Origin: Octopus sinensis
Lineage: Eukaryota
Direction: 5' to 3'
Length of the DNA: 64,000 nt
Assembly (NCBI RefSeq): GCF_006345805.1
Contig: NC_043000.1
Span: 54,498,001-54,562,000, forward strand
Each line of letters opens with the position of its first letter. The first letter of the stretch is position 1. The notes beneath the pieces are model-generated. The model made no database searches. It was given only the letters and a program-made list of their open reading frames with translations, and was not told the DNA's origin. The position numbers were made by a program, and so were the translations under genes. Shown here piece by piece: positions 14,440 to 26,820 of this stretch.

Positions 14440-14479
<40 letters not shown>
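14178..14479. repeat. Compound trinucleotide array (TAA)-(GAA)-(TAG)-(TGG)-(TAG)
   Basis: Direct reading of the sequence. Confidence 0.95.
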
Positions 14480-15002
14480 ACTTTCTTGCATTTCATAAAT
14501 ATCTTTGAATTCTTAAAATTAATTATGCTTTTCAAAATTTATCTTGCCAATACTTACCAAATTAATTTAACATTAAATATAACTTTTCTCACTCAATGCA
14601 CCTTATCCTATCCACCTGTCACTGTATTCACTAGAAAATATGACCGGTCGAACGTCAATGAATTTATGAAAGAATTACTTAGTAATTTAATTTTAACACG
14701 AATTAATAGGAAATCACATAGTGCATTACAATTAAACAACTTAAAATCCATTTACAAATATTGCATTTATATCGTCCTTCACAAAACCAGATTTTATATA
14801 CAGTTTTATCGAATTCATCTGTCATTGCCATTCGTTGACGGATGTTGACGGATTTCGGTACTAGAGCAAAAATCTTACTTTGCCAAACTATAAGTTTTAT
14901 TTTGAAATTTGATCGCCTAAAAAATTTAGAAAACTTACATTTGCATGGAGATTTTAATCTTAACGCACACACTCTCTCTTTCTCTATCTATCTATGTAGC
15001 TA

Positions 15003-15044
<42 letters not shown>

Positions 15045-15524
15045 TATACTTATATATACACATATACGTATGCATCATTTACACTTGCCAATAGGTAATG
15101 GATGCCAGTATGATTAATTTCCCTTTCCACGCAACTCATATGTTATCATCCCAACAACGAAATTTATGCATTTTAAAACTGCTTCACTTTTTTAACAAAT
15201 ACTCCATTTACACTCTGGTTACACCTTTTCCAATTACAAAAATAAAGTATTTCACTTACATGTCTCCTCAAAAATTACGATATTCAAAATCTAACACTTT
15301 TTAAAGTTATTTACTTCCCCGCTGCAAAATATCCCATTCCTTCTCCGCTTCTTTTTGTTCTTCCTCCCGTACTTCAGTGTCTACCTCTTGTGATTTTGTG
15401 TACGAAAGATGTTCATCTTATTGGTTATTTTATTACAAATTGCTGAAAATTGAACATAAAGTTCTTGCCAAAATGACTCACAGATGTTCTAAATTATACA
15501 CCCACACACACACATGTATTACTT

Positions 15525-15556
<32 letters not shown>

Positions 15557-15575
15557 GCAAATATATATATGTGTG

Positions 15576-15607
<32 letters not shown>

Positions 15608-15611
15608 GTTA

Positions 15612-15740
15612 CATACCAAATCCACTCGGTCGGCCGAGTGTATAGCAGAAGACACTTAGCGAAGGTGCCACGATGTGAGACTGAACCCAGAACCCTGTGG
15701 TTGGGAAGCAAGATTCTTCCCCCATAGCCATGCCTGTGCT
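15612..15740 (-). mobile_element. tRNA-derived SINE, 5' head and core
   Basis: The minus strand has an A-box-like GGCTATGGGG, a B-box GGTTCAGTCT and the core GCACCTTCGCTAAGTGTCTTCT. Same family as 47160-47322. Confidence 0.75.
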
Positions 15741-15802
<62 letters not shown>

Positions 15803-15810
15803 ATATATAC

Positions 15811-15851
<41 letters not shown>

Positions 15852-15852
<1 letters not shown>

Positions 15853-16036
15853 TAATATTAGGGAGTATATCCAACTTACAGGAAAAAATTAGATTTAGGA
15901 TTAAATCAAATTTCACGGTATTTTATATTTTTAATATATATATTGCATATTATATTGATTATATTTATATTTTGTTTTTTATGTTTTGATATATGTCTAT
16001 CACTGTTTGAGTTGCCTAATAGTGGTTTTATCTCTA

Positions 16037-16040
<4 letters not shown>
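15852..16040 (-). mobile_element. Fragment of PLE-pLTR-like family E within (TA)n
   Basis: AATATTAGGGAGTATATCCAACTTACAGGAAAAAATTAGATTTAGGATTAAATC is the reverse complement of the tail at about 47055-47110. Confidence 0.65.
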
Positions 16041-16079
<39 letters not shown>

Positions 16080-16087
16080 GAGAGGTG

Positions 16088-16157
<70 letters not shown>

Positions 16158-17346
16158 CAGAAGCTAAGAGAAATAATTCGAGCGTCCACCAGCAAAGGAA
16201 CAAAATATAAATAATATTAAATACTATAACGAAAATTTCTTTTCTTCAGGGAAATATTAAATGAATTCTTCGTAAAATTTCGATATACACCGAAGGAGAA
16301 CGAGAGACAATCTAGAGAATCAAAATTACTAAGATAACGTTAAATGTATTCTGTTAGTCTGGAGACAAGATGACGCCTGCGGACATGTATTTCTCGAAGA
16401 ACAGGCGCCGTCATCAGCACAGATATTATCCAACTTTCGATCAAACAGATGAGAGTGTTTGTTGTATGCAAAGATAGTAAATAAATTTACGACTACGCGT
16501 AATTTGCATAAAACAAAATAAACTGAGAAAAATAGTTCAGAGTGGCCGGTGGCAATAATTTAAAGAATACATTCTTGATTTGTTGTAATTAACTATCATT
16601 CGAGGGGACAATATTAAAAAGTTTCTTGCAATTACAGTCAACTACAATTCAGAAAGAATTGATGCGCACACCAAAAGGGTAAAGGAGATAAGGAGAGGGG
16701 AGAAAATCCCTTTCAAATAGAATACCGTGACAACGTGTTTGTGTTTAGTGTAACCATATATGTTTAGGGGTTTTTCACATTCCTTTTCTTACAAATATAT
16801 TAAAATCATTTTTTGTAGTTGAGAATGAAAGATCATAGCAACAATGCAGTAACTCAGAAATTTCGTTGTTTTCCCTCTTTTCACATATAAATGTATGTGA
16901 GTGTGTGTATGTGTACGTGTGTGTGTGTGTGTGTGTGGCACTGAGTGTTTGTGTATTTAGATTTCTATTAAAAATTCAGATGGTATGAGAGGTGAATATA
17001 TATATTTTAACACGACACTTTCACAGCCTTCATCGTGTAGTAGTAATTTCCCTGTGGAAGAAATTAATATGCACCATCGTCATATTACAAATATTGCATT
17101 TATAGTGTCTTTCGCAAAACCAGATTTCACCTACGGTTTTATTGAAATTCCTTTATCGTTGTTATTTGGAGACTAATTTCGATATTAGAGCGAAAATCTT
17201 ACTCTCCCAATCCATATTTTATTTTGACTACCAGTCCTTGGAAAAAAGTTTAGAAAACATACATTTCCATGGACATTTAAAACTTAAAAGTCTCACTCTC
17301 TCTCTCCATCACTCGCCCACCTTCTCGCTCTCTCTGTATATATATA

Positions 17347-17441
<95 letters not shown>

Positions 17442-17461
17442 ACGTACATACATATACACAT

Positions 17462-18211
17462 ATACGTGGTCTGATGAATAGGTATCCGTACTGTTGGTAT
17501 AGTAACGATGCTAGAGCACGCAGAGTAAAGCCGCTTCGCACGCACAGATTGACCTTGAACTCCGATGTGCATGCATGCTCAGAGGCCTACGTAAAGTTTT
17601 CAAATAGTTTTCCTCGGTTTTAACACAAACAATGAGATCTATGCAACTGAAACCTAGGTGTCTTTTCGGTCAGCTTAAAGCAATTTTGGCACAAACTTGG
17701 CACACACGTGTCAAAACCAAATCTTCAGTAATAATGGACTGAACTGAACTGAACTGCAACTAATCTGCCCGTCCTCTGATAACTCACGGATGGTGATTCA
17801 ACGATTTTTCCTCTCAGCTGCACACACATCTACGATGTTTTCCTCAGTTCTTCTGGTTGCGGATCTCCCAGAACATTCGTCAATATCGACATTTTTTCGG
17901 CCGTCTTGGAAATGTCTGAACCACTTGTACACTTGTGTGCGGCGCATACACTCCTATTCATACACTTTCTGAAACTTTGCGTAGGCCTCTAAGCAGGTCT
18001 CCCCGTGACAACTTTCTCTATCGTGGTCAATGTAATGCTACACACCTTCCTTCCAAGCTCTGCTGTAAACAGCGAAATTGGTCTAGAACGTTAAATATTG
18101 GTGTGCTTGCACAGCAGAGCATAAGATCAATTTGTGTTTTGTGGCTTCGCTTTGCGTTCTTAAGCTTCGTCAAAATGGCAACAGTGTAGATACTTATTGA
18201 TCAGACCTCAA
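17462..18211 (-). mobile_element. Internally deleted mariner element
   Basis: TIRs are TACGTGGTCTGATGAATAGGTATCCGTACTGTTG / CAACAGTGTAGATACTTATTGATCAGACCTC. The minus strand encodes RTQVYKWFRHFQDGRKNVDIDECSGRS...ITIRELSED and RVCAKFVPKLL (WVPHEL-type motif). Confidence 0.88.
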
Positions 18212-18250
18212 ATGTGACCGCGTGTGTACCGTTGGCGATTTTTTTCCTCT

Positions 18251-18285
18251 GTTTCCGAGGAAGAGCTCCGCTTGAAACGTTAAAT
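18251..18285 (+). ncRNA. Minimal type I hammerhead-like motif, variant core (CCGAGGA plus extra A), family A
   Basis: GUUU-CCGAGGA-A-GAGC-UCC-GCUU-GAAAC-GUU-AAAU, inside repeat 18215-18385 that ends in (TA)n. Confidence 0.55.
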
Positions 18286-18473
18286 CCTCCTTCTTTCCTT
18301 CTTTCCTGAGCGTCCAATAATACTATATTTGTTCCACGTCCTCGCGATGTTGTGTTTTTTGTGCTTTCTTGTTTGGATCAACTATATATATATAATATTT
18401 GTCTTTTATAGAAACAAAAGGGTTTATAGGACTGCAAAAGAAGTGCTCAAATATAAGAGACGAAGATAAAGAA

Positions 18474-18510
<37 letters not shown>

Positions 18511-18740
18511 TAGATAGATAGATAGATATATATTTGAGTAGTTGAATTAATTATCTTATTAAGGATAATTCGAAAGATAACCGATACCTGGGTAGCAAAT
18601 TCACATCAGAAAGAACACGGTTGAAGCTACGTCCCTAGGGCATAGACTATGTGTCTTCGTGCGGAAATGTGTATGTTTATTTTAAAATTATAAGTATATG
18701 AAAGAATGGAGTTGATCGACTAGTTAACAAATATCCTTTA

Positions 18741-18823
18741 TTCTCGACATATGTTTCGAAGGCTGCATATTCCTAATTCCGAAGGAATAAGGAGTACATT
18801 ATGCAGATTTCTCATCAGGAAAA
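18741..18823 (-). ncRNA. Intact type I hammerhead ribozyme with a long helix II
   Basis: UUUUC-CUGAUGA-GAA.CUGCAUA..UCCUUAUUCC-UUC-GGAAUUAGGA..UAUGCAG.UUC-GAAAC-AUAU-GUC-GAGAA. All core nucleotides are present, the site is GUC and helix III is the palindrome ACAUAUGU. Confidence 0.88.
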
Positions 18824-18908
18824 TCAAGGAACTTATGTCGACATGAAAATGCACAAAAAGCTTTTAGCTGACCGCTCTCAAGGAGCCCATGGCGATAATG
18901 AGTGTCTC

Positions 18909-18927
18909 TTTATAAGGAGTGACGTCA
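18909..18927 (-). promoter_or_regulatory. Candidate CRE (TGACGTCA) plus TATA box upstream of the hammerhead
   Basis: Minus strand reads TGACGTCA-CTCCT-TATAAA, about 85 nt upstream of the ribozyme. Confidence 0.45.
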
Positions 18928-19075
18928 GAGTGGCTGAATGTAGAAGAATCTAGAAGGTTCTAAAGGTTCAAGGGTTCAAACCAAGTGGGAGGAGGGAGGC
19001 ATAAGAAAAGTAAGGTGAGAGAGTGCAGGTCAAAAGAATGGTGGGTTTAAATGTTTTCTTTTATGAATGAGTGCC

Positions 19076-19118
<43 letters not shown>

Positions 19119-19124
19119 GCTTCA

Positions 19125-19863
19125 AATTAGGGTTCAGCCAAAAAATTCACTTTACCACACACCGAAATTTTAGAAATAGCAGCCAAAGAATTTAGCTATT
19201 TCCTCTACTATAAGAAGAGTCTCCCAGACAATGTATATTCAAAAACAATTCACGTAGGCATAGAGGGAAAAATAACGAAAGATCACTTGTACATCGATTA
19301 CATGAGAACGCCGTTTCTGGGTTAGTTAGATATAGAGATTCTAGAAATACATACCTATATCAACATTCCTGGCATCAGCCCAAGATTTCGTTCAGTTTAA
19401 ATTTGAGAGCACTAAAAATCGAACATACCTGTCTGATTTGAGTAATCCCAGACGAAACCCCTTCGACCATTAGTACTAACGAATTCAAAACGTGAGAATG
19501 AGGCTTTGCATCCTTCCCCGTCCACCCACGTGAGTTATAGAGCAACAATTACCTACAGAGAGATCTGTAGTTTATTATCAGGGATGGCATTATATTGTCA
19601 ATAATAATAAGGGTAAAATTAATTAATTATTAATTAATAATTTTACCAAGCAGTGTTCAGTATGTAAAAAGACCATTTACGGTATGTTTAAAACATTACT
19701 TTATATAATTAGGGTTCAGCAAAAAAATTTACTTTACCACACACCGAACTTTGTGTGGTAAAGTATTTTTTTTGCTGAACCCTAATTATATAAAGTAATC
19801 TTTTAAACATACCGTAAATGGTCTTTTTACATACTGAACACAGCTTGGTAAAATTATTAATTA
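19125..19863. mobile_element. PLE-pLTR-like family G: partial direct repeat plus terminal fold-back palindrome
   Basis: ATTAGGGTTCAGC..ACTTTACCACACACCGAA occurs at about 19126 and 19708. Arms 19631-19742 and 19753-19863 are inverted. Homologous to 46307-46462 and 49795-50073. Confidence 0.75.
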
Positions 19864-19865
19864 CT

Positions 19866-22800
19866 ATATTTATATTTACTAATCTTGTCAAATTCTTTCG
19901 CCGCTATATTGTGATCACAAGGGATACTCATGTCAATTAATAAAGACATGTTTTTGTCTGATCTTTTATAATAATATCCGGTTTATTAGCTTTTATAGTC
20001 TTGTCGGTCTGTACGGGAAAGTTCCATAGAATCGGCACATTTTCTCCCTCAGTCACAGCTTCAAGATGTCGTTTATACCATTTGTCAGCGGTTTTGGTTT
20101 TATAATACCGACATATTGTCCTATGTAAATACTGGCCGACTCTGTCATGTCTTGCTTTATATTCTGCAGGTGCTAAGGCTCTACACCCTGGGATTAGGTG
20201 GTCAATTGTTTCAATCTCATCGTTACAGAATCGGCATTTTGGGTCAGCTCCATTTTTTATCACATTGGTTAGGTAGTTCCGGGTTAATAAGCTTTGGTCT
20301 TGAGCAGCTAATATGAAACCTTCACTCTCTGCTTTTAGCCCTGAGCTTCGTAACCATTGGTGCGTGTGTTTCTGGTCGACGTCAGCTTGTTTGCTACAGG
20401 CTACATACTTGCCATGGAGAGGTTTCTGTTCCCATCTGCTAGCTAAATTTCATGTGCTTTTGTCTTTGCAATTAACTTCATTTTTTTTTTGCAGCTGCAG
20501 TTGGCGCATCTCCTTCAGCCTGATCAATCTGGTGGGTAGCTAAGAGATCAGCAGCGAATTTTTTGCTCTCTTTCAGTTTTTTAGGTCTTTCATGTTTTTT
20601 AACAAGTTTTAGCATCCAATCGTTGGAAAACTTCACTCTATTCTGAAAGAGAGCAAAAAATTCGCTGCTGATCTCTTAGCTACCCACCAGATTGATCAGG
20701 CTGAAGGAGATGCGCCAACTGCAGCTGCAAAAAAAATGAAATTAATTGCAAAGACAAAAGCACATGAAAATTTAGCTAGCAGATGGGAACAGAAACCTCT
20801 CCATGGCAAGTATGTGGCCTGTAGCAAACAAGCTGATGTCGACCAGAAACACACGCACCAATGGTTACGAAGCTCAGGGCTAAAAGCAGAGAGTGAAGGT
20901 TTCATATTTAGCCAGTCCGATTGTGGTGGTTTTGTATGTAAGTTCAAGCTGGATCAAACCTCGACCTCCCTGAGCTCTGGGAAGGTAAAGGCGATCCACG
21001 TCTGCCTTTGGATGGTGCATCTTATTACAAGTCAGTAGCTTGCGGATTTTTCTGTCAATTTTCATTATTTCACTGGTATTCCAGTTAACCACATTGAAGC
21101 TATAAAGAACAACTGGTACTGCTAAGGAATTTATGACTAACACCTTATTATATGCATTCAGCTCAGACTTCAGGACTGCTCGAACTCTTCTATAACATTC
21201 CTTCCTAACCTTCTCTTTCATGCTTGCATGCTTGTTACGAGAGTCTTGATTTATTACTGTTTCGAAATCTAATTCGATTGAACTAGACTTTACCAATTTC
21301 CCTTTCTTAAAAGTGGCTTTGGCACACTTTTCAAGGCCAAACTCCATACCGATATAATCACTGAATCCTTTCACGGTATGTAATAATCCTTCAAGCTCTT
21401 CATCATTTTTGCCATATAGCTTTAAATCATCCATATAAAATAGATGGCTTATTTTCCTGTTGTCAATTTTGTAGCCATATCATGTACTATTCAGTTCATT
21501 TGAGAGTGGTATTAGTGCTATGCAAAAAATTAGTGGTGAAAGTGAGTCACCTTGGAAAATGCCACAGTTTATGCTAATGTTGTTTGAGCGCAATACCCCA
21601 TTAGAATGATATAATTGGAGCTTCGTGTTCCATAGTGACATATTATAATTTAAAAAATCTGAAATCACAGGAGAAATTTTGAAAATGTCCAGCGATTTCA
21701 GAATCCACGAATGCGGTATGCTGTCAAATTCTTTTTTTATAATCAATCCATGAAGAGCTGAGATATCTGCGCTTGTTATTGCAGTTCTCAAGGATCATGC
21801 GATTAATTAGGAGCTGATATTTGCATCCGTACGAGCCTCGTCTGCATCCTTTTTGTTCAGTGAGAAAGAGGTTATTCTCTTCCATAAATGTATGTTTTCT
21901 CTACTAGAATAGAAGTCAAAAAATCTTATAGGTGGTAGATAAACATGTTATAGGCCGGTAGTTTTTTGGGTCTTTCGTTTTGTTATTTTTGGGGAGGAGG
22001 TAAGTAATACCATTTGCCATCCAATGAGGTGTTTTTTCCTGGTCTTTCATAATACTATTAAATAGTATTACTAACATTTTGTGTGCAGACCAGAGTGATG
22101 AAAGCCAGAAATTTGGTACTCTATCAATACCAGGGGATTTCCACTTATGGGCCTTCGTTAGTGTCCTCCTTAAGTCGGTGATCGAGATGTCTTCCCATAC
22201 CTTTTCTTGTAGATTTTTGTAGGTATCTTGGGTGCGTTTGATCCAGTCTGCATTTTCATTGTACGGTTTCTCATCACTCCAGATCCCCTTCCAAAACTTT
22301 TCAACTTCTTCCATTAGGAGTGGATTTTCAATGGTTATTTTTTCTTTCCCTATTTCCCTGTAAAATGATTTGACATTATATTTGAACAACTTATTTTGTT
22401 TGTAGAATTTGTTTAAGTGTTTCTTTCGCTGACATTAGTTTTTCTCTTGTTGAGTGTCCATATTTTCTCACAATCTTGCTGCCTTTTCTTGATCTTACAT
22501 CATTTCCAGAGATTAGCTCAGTTAATATTGATATCTCCCTTCGCAATGATTCAATTTCAGTTTCAATTCTACTCCTCCAGTTTGATTTTCGTTTCGAATT
22601 TGGTATTGTTGACTTTTTGGGTGTTAAACAGTGTCTTTCGATTACCTTAGCGACAGAGTAAATAATTACATTTAATTCATTAAGATCGGGTTTTAGTTGG
22701 TGTATGATTTCTTGTGTAACGCAGTTGCCAATTTTTATTTGTGTTTTATGTTGGTGTGCATTTGAGAGTTTATGGAGTGGTTCCCTATCATTCATAGTTG

Positions 22801-23600
22801 TATGTCCTACAACTGCAAGCTCATTCAAAACTTCTTGCTTCATTTCAATGATAGATTTTCTGTGTTGTTCAACAAACATGTGGTCTTCAAATTCTGTTTC
22901 GACATCATTTTCCGGGCTGTTTTTTCTAGGGTCATTATATTTTCCTTTTTCTTCAGGATCTTGAGTCGTTTCGGCAGACGGTCGCCTTTCAGTCAATGCT
23001 TTTGACCCAACTTTCCTTTCCTCAGCTTCGTTATTTCTATCCTGACTTACATTTAGGTCATTCTATACCACTTTTTTAATAGAGGTTAAATCTGCATCTG
23101 TGAGTCTGGTATTTCTGAAGATATCTCTTCTAACATTTGGTAATCTGTTTTCATCCAGGTTTGGTCTGCTAGCTGGATTCCGGCTCCTCCAAATTCTGTA
23201 GGAGTTTGCGGTGTGTTTCTCTTGGGTTGGCCTACTTAATGCAAAGTAATAAGCATATATTACTTCTTTATATTCTTCCCGGTTCTATTTAGTTCTTTTA
23301 CTTTTTGATTTTTTGGTCGTCGTGGCGGTGAATTTTGGGGGCTTAATTTGGGACAAATACCGTTTAAGTGACCTTCCAGGAAGATATTCTGCCATTTGAA
23401 AATTTTTCGCCATCAGGCTGGCAGCTTCCTAACGGGCGCGCTTCCTGTATAACCATTGGACAAGCGATTTGGTGTACTGTTAGAAATTTTCTTTTCAAGT
23501 AAAGTTAAATATTTATTAAGTTTTCATTAAAAAAAATACCACTAATCTTCGTACAGGGGCCTCATTTATCATCATCAGCAGCAGCACCCCCAGTAGCTGT
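19866..23600 (-). mobile_element. Near full-length Dong/R4-clade non-LTR retrotransposon (RT plus restriction-like endonuclease), pseudogenised and 3'-truncated
   Basis: N-terminal EEYKEVIYAYY..IWRSRNP; RT motifs KSPGIDRVPNFW, NYRPITCL, FDSIPHSW, GIFQGDSLSP, (Y)MDDLKLY; CCHC knuckle CRFC..ETIDHLIPGC; RHD; KPDIII; IDMSIP. The 5' end abuts (TTA)n. Confidence 0.95.
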
Positions 23601-23601
23601 T

Positions 23602-23728
23602 TATTATCATTATTATTATTATTATTATTATCATTATTATTATTACTATTATTATTATTATTATTATTATTATATTATTATTATTATTATTATTATTATT
23701 TATTATTATTATTATAATTATTATTATT
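23602..23728. repeat. (TTA)n microsatellite (insertion target and tail)
   Basis: Direct reading of the sequence. Confidence 0.95.
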
Positions 23729-24284
23729 GAGTGAGAAAGCAGTTCATGCCATCAAAGTGACACTGGGGTAAAATATACGAAGCCCAATATACCTATCATG
23801 ACTACCCGTCTGATAAAGGTACACCAGGCACATGCATCACAACCATATGTGCGCGACATGGTGATCTCATATCAAGATGAACAGCACATGACCTTGCAGG
23901 TGGGGCCCAGTTAGAATTTTCTTCAGGTTGAGTAGCCCATCCCGCTCAAACGGACCCTGAATAAGGGTTGTTTAAGGATGTTGAAAGAACCACCCATGTT
24001 TCCAGAGGTGACTATTCAAATCCCAAAGAATCCCTCTCAACACTTGGTTATGATGCTCCCCCACTACTTCTGCTCGTGATCAGAGATGCACATATCATCA
24101 GCCACTAAGGGACATGCTCAACTGGTTAAGGTCAAACAACTGACAAGCAATCTGTGGTATTGAGCAGAATATTTGCTGTAGCCCATCTTTTATACCAAGA
24201 CAAAACAATGTACATGATACCACTTCCAATCAGTTAATATCAGAAGCCATGAGAGCCACTGCCTGGTAATGCATCAGGGCATTT
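23729..24284 (-). mobile_element. About 555-bp non-coding retroposon inserted in (TAA)n (family H), copy 1
   Basis: Highly similar to 31377-31934 and more diverged from 62913-63460. Flanked by (TTA)n, with no ORF and no obvious tRNA head. Confidence 0.9.
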
Positions 24285-24300
24285 ATTATTATTATTATTA

Positions 24301-24333
<33 letters not shown>

Positions 24334-24335
<2 letters not shown>

Positions 24336-24795
24336 TATGTTTGACTTTTACTTTATATTTGTACAAGTTGGCTCCAAGTCTCACCCAGAGACCTCAAGAG
24401 ACAGCAGGTTGGAATTTCACGTTGTTGTTATGCCTAGTGTGCCATACATTTAGGGTTTTTTGGGTGTTGTATCAGTGAATGTCTAATAAAAAAAATTAAA
24501 TAAATAAATAAAAATTGTTTGTTTTAAACCTTGAGATTACATAGAAAGTATTTTGCGTTGGATATGAGCAGTTCCCATGAGGACTATCTTTTGAATTTCT
24601 GACATTTTGGGGTTTCCTGGTATCTGAGTTAGGTAGCAATCAGCCCCTTTCGCTATCTTCCCAGGGCACCTATGACAACATGTATTGTTTTAGTCTTCAG
24701 GTTCCACATTTTGCTGATTTCTATTTCAAGATCTTTATATTTGCTCAGTTTTTGGTAGGTCTTGACAGATAGGTTTATATCGATTGGGACAGTCC
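24334..24795 (-). mobile_element. 5'-truncated Dong/R4 LINE 3' end
   Basis: TVPIDINLSVKTYQKLSKYKDLEIEISKMWNLKTKTIHVVIGALG...EIQKIVLMGTAHIQRKILSM*, then a 3'UTR and (TAA)n tail. Confidence 0.9.
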
Positions 24796-24812
24796 ATTAT
24801 TATTATTATTAA

Positions 24813-24876
<64 letters not shown>

Positions 24877-25213
24877 TTATGTTGATTTATGATACATGTT
24901 TAGATATAATATCTATAAATATAGAACTAAACCCCCACCCAGTAGTAAATCTAAATAACAAATTAAAATCAATGATAAGCAGTGTCTTTCTGTGAAAAAA
25001 TAACAGTTAAAACTATGATGTTGATGATGAAACTTGCTCTTTGTCTATCTACTTATCCTCTTTGTGATTTTGGTTAATAGAATAACTATACAAATGAATC
25101 CTTTGAATTCAACTAAATTCTATATTCTTGTGCAACTGAAGATTGCTCTACATTTTAAAACTGATGTAATATTTGCATTGTAATATTTGCTTTTTAATAT
25201 ATTTTTAATATTT

Positions 25214-25256
<43 letters not shown>

Positions 25257-26001
25257 TTCTATATATAAACCATAAAGTGTCAGGTGTGAGAGAGGTGGAT
25301 ATATTTATTTAACCACTTGGCATCTTTAGGACTACGGACCCACAGCCTTCATCATGTAGTAATAATTTCAGGGTGGAAGAAATTAATGTGCTTTATACAT
25401 TAAAATGACATATTAACAAAAACATGCAGATAAAGAAAGCTAACTCATCAGAACATCAGAATATGATGGTTACACCAACGATGTGTATGTGTGAGGAGTG
25501 CGTGCCTCTGCTCTTGTGATTGGGTGAGATAGTGTTTGCGAATCATTGCGTTCTGGATTTCGCACAATAAGCACTTATTCTCTGATAACAGCAGTAAAAG
25601 GAAAATCATATTCTATTTACAAAATAAAACAAAGAAAAAAAATATATTATATCTGAGTGCGTATTATATAAGACAGAACGTAAGCTGATAATTGCCTTTA
25701 GAATTCACTGGCAAATCTTGAATAATAGAATTTGCCTACAATACCGAATATGTTTATATATATAGCTTATATTACTTATATTAATTAGGGAATGTAACTA
25801 TACTTTGCCGAAAGATATGTTTCTTTTATACAATATATGTAAACGGAATATTATTTCTTGCAACGAATTACTCTGAAGGCTGACATAAAAAATTTAGCAT
25901 GTTTGGATTTTTTGTTTCTTAGTTGTTACTTTCATATCCTATAGTAAACAGGTATTCGATTATATCGTCGGAAACCGACGTACATACTTTTTAAAAGGTT
26001 G

Positions 26002-26377
26002 GGTACACTTTGGTTATCTCACCCATATTAAAAAATGCCATTAAAAAACTGGGTTATCTCCCTACAAAAAAATGTTAATGTGGTGACAACAGATTAGATT
26101 AAAAGAGTTAGATCATTTTGATTCAGTACTTCAAAACATTGTTGACGTTTAGCCTCCCCAATAGGCATGGTATGATGTGTTATTAAAGTATTACCAGTTT
26201 CAGTAAGGTGTTTATTTTTTTCAGTTTTCATGATTATTAAATTTTTTTAGTTTTTTTGTTATTGAAGGTTAAATGAATTTTTCAGTTAAAGGAGATAACC
26301 AAATGTACCGATATTTCTCGTAAAACCGGAGGAAATAACCCAATTTTTTAATGGAGGTGAGATAACCAAAAATTACC
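26002..26377. mobile_element. MITE with terminal and subterminal inverted repeats
   Basis: TIRs GGTACACTTTGGTTATCTCACC / GGTGAGATAACCAAAAATTACC, inner repeats ATTAAAAAACTGGGTTATCTCC / GGAAATAACCCAATTTTTTAAT, possible 8-bp TSD AAAGGTTG/AAAGATTA. Confidence 0.75.
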
Positions 26378-26624
26378 AAAGATTAGGAATCTATCCATCT
26401 CTCCACTCTCGAATTTGCTTTTGATACTTCAGTGCTCAATTTAAATAAGCACTAAGGAAGAAGTGACAGCTGATGCCATAACTATACCTTTCACCTAATC
26501 ATTCTAGTCAGTCTAAATGTTGAGAACCGGAATCATTTCGGTGGTTTTGTTACAAACAGCATAATTATATGGCTCGTTGTTCAAAGAAATCAACTCTGAA
26601 TTAGTAGAATATATCTCTACAAGC

Positions 26625-26820
26625 ATAAGGCCTGATATTTTCTACCGTTTTTGTGTTAGAGTTCTAGTTCGTTACATCGACCCCCAGAACTCAGCTTGTA
26701 CTTATTCTATCGATTCCAAAAAGATGAAAGGTACAGTCGGTCTCGGTGCCTTTTGAACTCAGAATGTAAAGAGTCAGAATATATGCTGCTAAGTGCCTTT
26801 TCCAGCGTGGTAACGCTTAT
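26625..26820 (-). mobile_element. tRNA-derived SINE with a Nin/Deu-like core, degenerate
   Basis: Reverse complement of TTCTGAGTTCAAA...CCTTTCATC..TCGATAGAATAAGTAC...CTGGGGGTCGATG. Confidence 0.65.

Larger units (their letters stand above)
18530..19065 (-). mobile_element. PLE pseudo-LTR-like unit (family F) between TA-rich microsatellites
   Basis: On the minus strand it carries TGACGTCA, TATAAA, an intact hammerhead and AATAAA in that order. Confidence 0.7.

Noticed and set aside
17468-17480. CTGATGA hammerhead-like heptamer
   Set aside because: It is part of the mariner TIR, with no GAAA or helices.
19425-19500. Possible hammerhead in family G (CAGACGA...AAAACGTG, or a GTCTG/CAGAC stem before GAAAC)
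   Set aside because: Neither register gives a complete core with paired helices; a family consensus is needed.
24060-24110. CTGATGA/CTGACGA inside family H
   Set aside because: It is followed by GAAG rather than GAAA, with no helix III or NUH site.
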